NCBI GenBank assembly: GCA_000320545.1
Contig: ADNK01000313.1
Span: forward strand, 186,001 to 250,000
Reading direction: 5' to 3'
DNA from: Bigelowiella natans CCMP2755
Taxonomy: Eukaryota; Protista; Cercozoa
DNA length: 64,000 nt
The position numbers and the translations under genes were made by a program. Each line of letters starts with the position of its first letter. The stretch's first letter is position 1. Below the pieces are notes generated by a model that had not been told where the DNA came from, made no database searches, and saw only the letters and a program-made list of their open reading frames with translations. Positions 35,660-45,817 of this stretch are shown one piece after another.

Positions 35660-35758
35660 TGCTAAAATGTCTATCAAAAAATCGTTGTCAAACATAATCA
35701 GACGACATTATGTTTTTATTATTTTAGTCACTAATGTTTTATTTCAAGAATGGATTAA

Positions 35759-35795
<37 letters not shown>

Positions 35796-36672
35796 CTATA
35801 TTGATTAACCATGATTTTGCCCCCCCAATTTCAGGACCTATACGGCGAGTAGAGCGACATTGCAAGTAGGGTCGGAATTTAATCCTGTTTAAAAACATCA
35901 TCATCATCATCACTCCCTCTAGCCCCCCCCCTTGAGCAGCCTCACCCTCCCTCCTCTTCTTTAGGAATTAACATGTTAATAATAATAATACCAAAAGTTT
36001 GTCTCGAGACCATATTCCATGTATCTTTGCACATTTTCCTTGATAAGTAAGAACGACAACAAACAAAGGGACTAGTGTGAAAAACAAAAGAGCTGTCTGC
36101 CATTTCTTGTTTACATCATCATCGAGTAACTACTACTATACTCAGTAGACCTCATCATACATTCAGTGCGGCATAGTAGCGACTACTACTTTTGAACCAC
36201 CTACCTTTTCGACGTGCTCCTGACCGTATTGAATACTCGTACACACCTAATAATAATAATAATAATAAGGTAGATGAACGACGAAGAAGATAATGATAAT
36301 GAGGTAAAGCTCAAATGTTACTGTGTCTCCTTCTTACGAGAACAAGAATCACATATTCATTACTAATATATAATTTACTGATGCATGCACACCTGGTTCC
36401 AAAAGGCCTGAAAAGACGCGAAAACAGCACGTGTGGCAGAGAGCAGAACCTGATTGTGTTGTTGTTGTTGCTGCTTAAAGACACGACAAAGATACTAATA
36501 TCTTTAATAAGAAAAGAAAAAAGGAAGTAAAAATTGCTAAAGCACCTATTTTAGAGATATGCAGATGAATGTTCGTCAATGTACAAAAGGCGCCTCTTTA
36601 CATCAGGAATGGCAAAATTGGAAGCAGATAGTTATTCCCAGAGACATCAGCAAATGATAGAAATGTGCATTA

Positions 36673-36716
<44 letters not shown>

Positions 36717-36839
36717 TGTCCTCCTCCTCCTCCTACCGGTAAATCGGCCGGATCCACCTTTTTAATCAGCTGTAAGCTATTCTGTGATTTTCATCATAAA
36801 TAATAATATTACTACCTTAGAAATCAAAAAGATTAGCAC

Positions 36840-36886
<47 letters not shown>

Positions 36887-37825
36887 AACACACATATTTC
36901 AAATATTTATGTAAAAATATTTTGTGCGTGTTTGTGTCTGGTGCGGCTTTATGTTGTAGTATTATATTGATAACGTATTAATAATCCTTCCTTCAAAATG
37001 CAATATTGTAGGCAATTAAGATGCGCGTGGTTGGTTGGTTGTTGTGCGATCTTACTACGTACGATGTCGTGGTTTTACTACTACATACTTCTCTGAGCCT
37101 TTTCTCCCCTCGATGCAGCAATGCAGCAATGCTGTCTTGGAGATTCGACACCGCCTCCTACACGAAGTGGAAGGTGCCAATTAAATTTCCAAGAACAGCA
37201 GAAATTAGCGGCAGGCTAAATATGTAGTGAGATACAGAAATATGATAAAAGGAAAGAAAGGATAGGGAAGATGACTTCGTCGTCGTTTGCAGCACGTATT
37301 ATTACATGTGATCTGCTGAAAGGGTCTGATGGTGGATTGTGTGCAAAAGAGCCTTGCCACCTACTCAATCATGATTAACACCCCAATGATTATTATATTT
37401 GTTTGCGTGATCTTGTTCTTGTTCTATTGCCTAGTATACTATTGTTTGTTTGATCTTGTTCTAATGATTATATTTGTTTGATCTTGTTCTATTGCCTAGT
37501 ATACTATCTCCTCTGTCCTGCCTGTAAGCAATGTGCGAAAGTAGTAGCACTACGTTGTACCTACCCCTTCTGGTAGATAGGTGTGTTTTGGAGTGTAATA
37601 GTAAGGAGGGTATCATTCGGGATGGCAGAATTTTGGAACCAACTTTCTACGAGCCAGGAAGCCATTGTCACATCTACTTTCTGGGAGAAAGAAAGACAAC
37701 AACAACAAGAAGAGACAAGAATAAGTTTGGAGAAAATTGTTTTCACAATGTACATCTACCTCCCCTCTTGCGAAATCGACGGTGACGAGGCTCAGAAACA
37801 TGGGTAGTATCATGTTGGGCAGCAT
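32297..37825 (-). CDS. Hypothetical secreted/membrane protein built from roughly 20 small exons and micro-exons
   Basis: Signal-like start MLPNMILPMFLSLVTVDFARGE|KVDVTMASW..QKG|WQGSF..SRSH|EAVSNLQD..RLRE|LIKKVDPADLP; later DGDSPRILDS|GDVPKGFDNK..ENY|GIDSFNAIK; GHHIYTLSTIGWACR|DLARVGHHFCGQSCYG..; VRDIMEYSGPISFVR|YSEDIAQFECGEECQ|GMIIMGW..LLCVIF*. Both ends are phase-consistent; the middle is uncertain. Confidence 0.6.
34098..34309. repeat. Intronic minisatellite, ~5 x 43 bp
   Basis: The unit tagtgatgtatggtaggcactgctgacatgatacattgattag starts at 34098, 34141, 34184, 34227 (one C>T) and 34270 (truncated). Confidence 0.97.
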
Positions 37826-38013
37826 GAAAAGATAGATGATCGAGCTGTTGCTCGGTCTGCCTGCAGTATTATGATATGCTGCTTGGACCACCAGCACCGA
37901 GATCACAGCAGGTTAACAATGATTTTTATCTCAGAGACAGCTTGTACGATGTGTGATCAAAATTTACGATCGGAACTGCCTCATCAACAGCATGCACACT
38001 ACTGCTCTATCGT

Positions 38014-38113
38014 CGACAAGAAGAATATGAGCATGTCGCATATATAAAGTAGAATGTGATTTACGTTGTGCGACAAGAATATGAGCTTGTCGCATAGATA
38101 AATGTAGAAAGTG
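38014..38113. promoter_or_regulatory. Duplicated ~44-bp element with inverted repeat and TATA-like box in a head-to-head intergenic region
   Basis: Two copies of cgacaag..aatatgagc(a/t)tgtcgcata.ataaa(t)gtagaa.gtg. Copy 2 has tgcgacaag-N8-cttgtcgca. TATATAAA is at 38041. Confidence 0.5.
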
Positions 38114-38250
38114 TTCACTAACTAATGGAACCAATGATAACTACTACGAAGATCCCTCCTCCATCTAATCAGTGCCCATCGTCTTGAAGAAGAAGACACA
38201 AACACAACTCTCGGATACACGTACTGCACCAGATCCGAACTGCAGCAGTG

Positions 38251-39191
38251 ATGATGATGCAGCCAAAGTATGCGACAGTGAATGGCATCAAAATACGGTA
38301 GGTAGGTACGTAGTAGTTCGTCAATCAATAAGAACAATCACCCCATCATCGAACGACTCAATAGCAGCATTTTGACATTGCGTGCAGGTATTTATTGGAA
38401 ATCCCTGAAGCAATGAAAAAGTCTCAATGCACGGAAATGAAGGGTGTAAATCTAAACGTTGCATACTTTTGAAGATGCTGAAGGTTATATAATGTTCACC
38501 ATCAGAGTCGTTATCTTCACAACGAGTCGTCGTATTGACTCCAGGAGGGCGAGCTGGTGGTATTGGAAATTGTGCATTTTCTGGCCTCCGTAAGGCCTTG
38601 CTCAAGGAGGGAATCTCGGTGCTGACGTGGGATAGAAGAAATTCGGGTGAATCCGACATCTCATTTCGGTTTCAGCAGCATGGAACGGCGTCCAGAGCAG
38701 AGCAGGATGCTTCTGATCTGTACGTAGCAGAACAATATCATAAGATTAGCTGTGCGTATTTTCTTATTTTCTTCTTTTCTTCTACCATTGTTTGGTAGTA
38801 TTATCATCGTACGTAGCAGAACAATATCATAAGATTAGCTGTGCGTATTTTCTTATTTTCTTCTTTTCTTCTACCATTGTTTGGTAGTATTATCATCGGA
38901 GTAATGTAAAAAATAGACCAACAGCCAGGATAATACCATTGTAATCGCAGGTATGAGTTAATTCGTAACCTTAGCCTAGATAAAGTATCATTGGCTGGAG
39001 CATCTGCGGGTGGGCGGATGACCCTTGCATTCGTGGCAAAGTATCCAGACTTGGTCGAGCAAGTTCTTTTGCAAAATCTCACGGGAGGTCAGAAGGCGGC
39101 GGAAAAATTGTCCAAATCGTATTTTGATAGCGTCGTCTCTATCGCTAAGGTACGTAGCAGCTGGACGATATAGTCGTGTGTGTGTGTGTGT

Positions 39192-39231
<40 letters not shown>

Positions 39232-39412
39232 GTTAAACTAGTGTGAAAGAGTACTTAGCTCGGGGATAAAGCACAAGAAACCTATAATCATCATCATCGT
39301 CATTATTATCATCATCCTCACATGTAGTTTAGTGTACAGCTAAGTGCCGTTGATGATGTAGTCTTCGATAGTTCCATCATTTGTCCTGATTTTATATACT
39401 ATCTTTAAGAAA

Positions 39413-39449
<37 letters not shown>

Positions 39450-39568
39450 ATATAAATACATATATAATCAATAGGAAGGTGGAATGGAAGCGGTAGCAAA
39501 GTTGGATCCCTACTATTCGAAGCTTCTTTCGAGAGGCCTTCCTTCACTACAACAACGAAGATGGACCC

Positions 39569-39603
<35 letters not shown>

Positions 39604-40315
39604 CAGAAGAGAAATGCTGATATCTGATAAACAACTTTTAGGACTACTAAGTACCTAAGAAGAACAAACACTACTCTATGGCATGTGTGGTGCCAACGAG
39701 ACTGTACCTCATCAAGACTTGCGTTTATGCAGAAAGGACACTTTTTGTTGTTGTCATCATACACGTTTTCATCAACAACCCTCCGATTTCTTCATGATTG
39801 CGTAGGTGGTACAAACAAGCTTAGAGAATGAATTTCTTCCCGCAATGAAGCGATCACGTGAATTTTTATGGAGGGCTATAGATCCTGTTCTTGGATTTTC
39901 CGAGAAAATGCTTTCGGAAATTGCGAATGGTAGCATTTCATTCATTTTGGTATATAGCCGAAGTTCATGCGATGGAATGCACACGAGAGGAGTGATGCAA
40001 GCCCTCTCTAAAGCATTGGGTGGTGATATACCGATTCTGGATAACCCAAAAGGAAGAATCTGGGTTCCTAAGGCTGTTCAATTTTTTGCGAGCGGTAGTA
40101 GTTTCGCAGAGAAGAAGATGATAGCGAATATTCCAAAAAATGTGGAAAAGGAGAAGCAAATGAATAAAATAAATGTGAATTGTACGTTAGCGACGGTTGC
40201 ATCGAATTTTGGAGATTTTAGAGATGAAACGAGCAAAACAAAAAGCAAGGATAAGTTAGATCTTCGGGAAAGTGAAAAATGTAGAGCGCCATGCTGCCAG
40301 AGTACATGTGATTGA
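38251..40315 (+). CDS. Alpha/beta-fold hydrolase, ~6 exons
   Basis: MMMQPKYATVNGIKIR|Y; VVLTPGGRAG; VLTWDRRNSGESD; nucleophile elbow LAGASAGG; GGMEAVAKL; CDGMH; stop at 40313-40315. Confidence 0.85.
38720..38897 (+). repeat. Perfect 2 x 89-bp tandem duplication beginning exactly at an intron 5' splice site
   Basis: gtacgtagcagaacaatatc...gtattatcatc occurs at 38720-38808 and 38809-38897. Confidence 0.97.
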
Positions 40316-40805
40316 GGAAATGAACTCTACAGATAATATTAAGAATAGCAACAGAGAAGGCGGCGGTTGTAGTTTTCGGTTGCAAGATTGAAATTGCATC
40401 AGCTCAACTTGCAAGTATCTTATTATGCGTCTTTTTATGCCACAACACAATCGAAATGTAGCAAAGGTAATGACTAGTATTGCGGGATAGAAAAGACATC
40501 ATAAAATTGTGACGGTACGGTGACAGCAATGTTGAAATAATATAGATAATGTGTCATGCGCGTAGCACTAGAGCAGCCAGTAGCCATATGTGCATGGGAT
40601 ACGCGCTGCAGCTATAAGGTCACGTACGTAGCGTGATTGAGAGAGCACAATTGTAAAGAAAAAGGTAGGGAGTAGTAGTCTCATTTCATGCATGTGTTTA
40701 ATCATTGTAGGATTCCAATCCAGGTTTTAGCGTAGCCCATTTCCTCAGGCATCGCGTACAAATTCTACAACGAGCAGCGTCTGGCCTCACTTCATTGCTT
40801 CTGAA

Positions 40806-41764
40806 TCAATGCAAATATTTCGAAACGAGGGCATTCAATTCAGTGTTAGTCAACGGAAATCGTGGAGCTTCGAAGTCCGTAACTAAAGAAACCATAGAAT
40901 TAAAGCCTGCGGCCCTCATTATTTCTGCATGCAACATTTCAATTGATCTTAGATCTCTCTCCACAACCACTTTGGAATTCTGTATGTGTGCAACAAGAGA
41001 CGTCACAAAGTTGAGTGAAAATCAGCAATCACCGTTGTGAGAGTGTGATTAATGTGGCGTGAATGACGAGTGTGTTGTTGTATTGTCACCTCGGGTCTCT
41101 GATAGTTCATCAGGTACGTCGCAAATGGGCCTTGGTCCACCGATGTTTTCTCATGCAAGGCGAAAGCAATTCGTCTGTGTGCCAACGCTGCTAAATCATA
41201 TGCAGTATTTCCTTCGTCATCACAAACGTTCAGTGCTGCTCCTGCTTTTTCTACAAGCCACTTTAATTTGTCGGAGGCGACCGGAAGCATCATTGCCGCC
41301 AGCATCAGTGGGGTCCTGCCTCTGTTGTCCTGTGTGTCCACGTCAGCGTTAGCCTCCAGGAGCATCTGTGCAGTTTCAAGCGCACGATGACCATGTTGTT
41401 TGAAGATAGCATGGACGAATACTTTTTGGCCCAAGAAATCTTTCGAATTCACGTCAGCCTTCCAGTCTAGAAGGCTTTCGACAATGAGCCTCCCGGCTGA
41501 GGCTTCAACGGCGTATGTTAACGGCGTCAGTCCGAGATCATCTTTCTTATTGACATCTGCCCTACTTATAGGGAGAATTTCGCAAAGCATTCGCTTGAGA
41601 ACACGTGAATAAACAATATCAAGGTTCTTCTCCTTGGCTTGAACGAACTGCAACTGTGCATGTCCTCGACGCAAGCACCCTTCACCGCGTTTTTTTCTGT
41701 CCAATAAATTTTCGACGCCATCCACTGAAGTCCATCTCTGCCTTTCGAAAGGCTTGTTCCCCAT
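40806..41764 (-). CDS. Ankyrin-repeat protein (~4 repeats), 2 exons
   Basis: ADVNKKDDLGLTPLTYAV, ADVNSKDFLG, ADVDTQDNRGRTPLMLAA and LNVCDDEGNTAYDLA. An intron after YQRPE joins NSKVVVERDL...KYLH*. Confidence 0.88.
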
Positions 41765-42222
41765 GAGTTCTTGCCACCAGAGCTGGAAGCCTTTTCTTTG
41801 GTATTTTGGTATGAGCGTTGAATGAGGATACCGATTAGTATGAACGATGGGTGAGGATACCGATTAGTCGCTGCTTGGCTAATATGTCCAGTTGAATATC
41901 CGAGTAAGAATGAGTAAACATGTAAAATTTTTGGATGCTAAAATTTTCATCACAGATATTTCTGATCTGAAAAACTGGCAATGCAGTTAGGTTATCAGCC
42001 GATGAAAAAAAGTAAACAGGAGACACTACCAAAAGAGGTAAACGATGTGAGTATTTAGGCATTACTTGCATCACATTTTGCGTTTTGTTTGTCGTAGATC
42101 TAATATGGAGTGGATTAAAAATGTATACAAATATTATGCAAAGGAAGTGGTCGTAGCAGTATAGTGAAAGCGATTTGAATTGTAGCGACATGTTAGTGCA
42201 GTCTTGGGAAAAAGATAAATTG

Positions 42223-42295
42223 TGGTCATAAAGGGGCTCGAACCCTTGACCGCTGGCTTATTAGACCAGTGCTCTACCGACTGAGCTATACGACC
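42223..42295 (-). tRNA. trnI-AAT: tRNA-Ile (anticodon AAT), intronless, 73 nt
   Basis: The reverse complement GGTCGTATAGCTCAGTCGGTAGAGCACTGGTCTAATAAGCCAGCGGTCAAGGGTTCGAGCCCCTTTATGACCA folds as a cloverleaf with anticodon loop CT-AAT-AA, A and B boxes, and a T5 Pol III terminator ~10 nt downstream. Confidence 0.97.
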
Positions 42296-42440
42296 TGCAA
42301 ATGAATTTGTGTTTATGTGGGGAATTTATATGTACCTTGTAGTGAAAGATAAGGGAAAGTAATTCCATTTCTATATGACAGACAGACAGACAGACGGACG
42401 GACGGACTGACGAGGCTCACCCGACAACTAACTCCAGAGC

Positions 42441-42792
42441 ATGAGGCGAAGAGTGGTGGTAGAAATGGACGACCAGAGCTCTTTCAAACATAAAAATGAA
42501 GTGGAGGTACACAAATGCAAATTTGTCTCATGTGCAAGCAGCTGTTATCACCATCATCGACTGGTAGTACATACACAGTGAAGTGTGCTGCTTGTGAAGT
42601 GGTAGTACCATTGAGAATAGTAACCCACTTATATGATTGCCTCCTGAAAGGTGGGTCTTCTCGATACTGTAGCTGATGTTGGAGAAAGATTTGAAGAAGA
42701 AGAAGAGGAGGGGACAGAAATGCATCAGGTAAGGGGAGGAGGGCACCTATTGGCGTGCAATACAATATCTTACTACCTGCTGTCCGCCTATA

Positions 42793-42851
<59 letters not shown>

Positions 42852-42973
42852 ATAGCCTGTTGGCGCGACACGGAGTGCAAAAGATCTTTTCCCAATTAAA
42901 GAGTTCCTCCTAGCATTATCCCTAACTCTGGGTGGCATAATATTCCTTCCGATAGGATTATACGAACTCTTTG

Positions 42974-43009
<36 letters not shown>

Positions 43010-43038
43010 CCACCACCAGCAGCAGCAGTAAGTAATAT

Positions 43039-43070
<32 letters not shown>

Positions 43071-43546
43071 TAGTAGCGCTGTATGTAATAGTGCTTCAGC
43101 AACTGTAGCAATAACAGCAACTATTGTTTTCAAATTTGTTCCGCCAATCTTTGAGATCAACAACACGCAAAACGATTTTAGGACGTCAAGACATTAAGAG
43201 GGCATTGCCATTTCTTTGCATAACCCCGCTTGGTACATATTCTTCCCAGCTTTTTGAAAAAATGCATTTTAGAGATGTGAGCAGATTAACGGTTGAATTA
43301 ACAGAGAAGATGATATATTACTAACGTTGTTCTCTATTTACTAAACAGTACTTTTACCGGGATCCTACCATCTACATATTATAGTGCGAGCTTATCTGGG
43401 TATGTTATACTACTGGGGTTATAGAACATCCTGCTCCCTTGTTCCTACACTGTAATTTTGCTGAATAAAGGTGGTTCTGCTTTCTTCCACATACTACAGG
43501 ACACCGTGGGTTTCGATATAGCCAGGTCGTGCGCAGACTGCACTAG
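42441..43546 (+). CDS. TMEM230/TMEM134 (DUF872) family two-TM protein, 6 exons
   Basis: MRRRVVVEMDD..EVE|VGLLD..EMHQ|PVGATRSAKDLFPIKEFLLALSLTLGGIIFLPIGLYELF|GRQDIKRALPFLCITPL|VLLPGSYHLHIIVRAYL|GHRGFRYSQVVRRLH*. The PGxYH..A..G..GF motif is typical of the family. Confidence 0.82.
42795..42848. repeat. (TA)n microsatellite, representative of the (TA)n, (CT)n, (CA)n, (CAT)n, (TAG)n and (GAG)n tracts found in many introns of the window
   Basis: Directly visible. Other examples: (CT)n 616-649, (GAG)n 5274-5322, (CA)n+(CT)n 8082-8154, (GT)n 30186-30220. Confidence 0.95.
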
Positions 43547-43770
43547 CCAATAAAATGGAGCTGGCACGAACCACACATAAGTTAAACCAGGATATATAAA
43601 ACAACAGAAAATAGTTTCTAATCATCAGAGGAAAATCAAATCAGAAGCACAAAGAATGTGCATGACTGCGAGGTATAAGCGAATAGTGAAATGTAACAAC
43701 TAATAGACTATTTCTGCACCTGCTAGATTAGACAGACGCATGCGCATGCACATATGAATATTACATATAC

Positions 43771-43843
<73 letters not shown>

Positions 43844-44913
43844 GCAGGCTACATAAATTTGACAGATGTTATCTAGATATGTATGACTGCTATGATTCAC
43901 AATATTTGTGTTAGCATGGACAAATCTAAATAGTTACCAACATATTTCTTCGGATAACAGCACAATGTACGTTGCAAGCTGTGCGCAATGCTACGATGCA
44001 AGATGGTACGATACGCACATGTAGACATGCGAGACGGATGTAATGAATCATTAACTTGACTTGCATTGTCATCGTAAGTGTAAATATATGAGGCAGATGT
44101 CATGAATAAATAAATTTCATTCTACCAAGCCATAGTCATCCTAATGTAGTAGCTCTGTGGCATGAAGCTGTCGTGCTACAAAGCAAGTAAGCGGTGATGA
44201 ATGAACAATTCATGCATGTACTGTGTCATCACAACAATGTGCATGCCACACTGACCGTGGATGTGTGCGTGCAAACCATGAGACGGGTGCAAAATGAAAT
44301 GATTGCAATTTTTCAATGCTAGAATGGCCATCCTGATGTAGTGGCTCTGCAAACTGTTGGCTAGTTGGGTGCGTGTAATATGTGCAGTGTGGCTAAACAT
44401 TGGTGATGGACAAGCTAGCAAGAATCGAATTGGACATAATAGACACAGCAATACACTATATATATTATTATATGTATTGTGTATTGCATGTCTATCATGG
44501 ACCAAGCTAGCATCGCAATATAGCAAGCTAGAAAGATTGATGATGTTGCAAAGCTGGCTACGTGACAACACGCACGCCGCCGTGCATGGACCACACCTCA
44601 CGTTTCATTTCCCCACCACTGCTAGACTGTCGGCGCAGCAGCAAAATTGCGAAAATGCGCACGCTAGTACGCAACGTGAAAATTTGCCCACTGACGACCC
44701 ACTGCGCACTGAATAACTACCATAATGACATGGTGAAAATCATAGGCAACACATCACGTGTCTTTTGTGAAAACAGTTTTTTTTGAAAATGACAAAGCAA
44801 AAATCCACAGCAGAGCATCGCGCCATTGCCTAACTAGCCATGTCTATATATGTCGCACAAGTTTTCGCCGCTGTTGGCCAGCCGTGAACTTGGTTTTCTT
44901 TTTCTGTGTGTCC

Positions 44914-45210
44914 TCAATCATTTCCATCACATTGATGCCAACAACTCAGAACTGCTAGCTTGAGAGCCTTTTCTTTGAAGTCAATTACAAACGAAGTGCT
45001 GAAGGATTCTACAATCGACTGGGGGACAAGGAAAAACACCCGAGCTTTCTCCGCTTTTGATGCACCGAATTTGTTCAGTTCATCAACGTGTGCTTTGCCG
45101 ATGGACTTCTTGCTGCTAATCGTGACTTGATGCAGTGTCCGACAGTTTGTTGCTCCATCGATGGCCGGGTAGATTTGGACACACTGTGAGTTCCGCCTTT
45201 TGACCCTCAG
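44914..45210 (-). pseudogene. Fragment resembling a Crinkler/RHS-type restriction-endonuclease-fold domain (relic, or terminal exon)
   Basis: The open frame reads QIYPAIDGATNCRTLHQVTISSKKSIG...KARVFFLVPQSIVESF, matching the recalled PAID..(F/H)Q(V/I)T(V/I)S...(Y/F)F(V/L)VP pattern. The upstream frame is interrupted by stops. Confidence 0.4.
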
Positions 45211-45486
45211 CTATCTACGTGCACATAGGTTCATTAGCGTGACATACCCTCTTGAAAGTAGCACTCAAAACATCGTCTCGCTGGTATCTATTATGCCATG
45301 GGACTTGAGCTTCACAAAAGTGTGCTTCTTCCTGGACTTAAACTCTTCAGAAGGCGGAGATATGACGCTTTCGGTGCTATTACGGTCACTTCTCCGCTTC
45401 TGCAAATCTTGGGCAGCCTAAGTATCAGCATATTCACTAGATATATTCGCTGAAGACGCAGACATATAGAGAGAAGGAGAGAAAGA

Positions 45487-45530
<44 letters not shown>

Positions 45531-45534
45531 ACCT

Positions 45535-45778
45535 TTATTTGCTGGTCAATGCCAGCTGCTTCTTCCGTGACAATGTCCCCCAACTCGGACTGGATCTTAT
45601 TCAAGACCTTCTTCCTGAGGGCCAGCTTCAGTCGGTTCCCCCCCCTTCTTGGTGCCCCTTCTGAATATGTTATTTATGAAACGGCCCCCTTCCTGCGGAA
45701 AGCGGGCCTTTTTGGATAAAAAACGGAGATTTTTTTTGGGATTAAAAGGTTAAGTTAAACCCCCCCCCCCCCCCCCCC

Positions 45779-45817
<39 letters not shown>

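Noticed and set aside
45600-45780. Apparent repeated KKVLNK exon end and homopolymer-rich segment in CFAP36
   Set aside because: Dense G/C/T runs look like low-quality sequence or a local misassembly, so I do not interpret it biologically.
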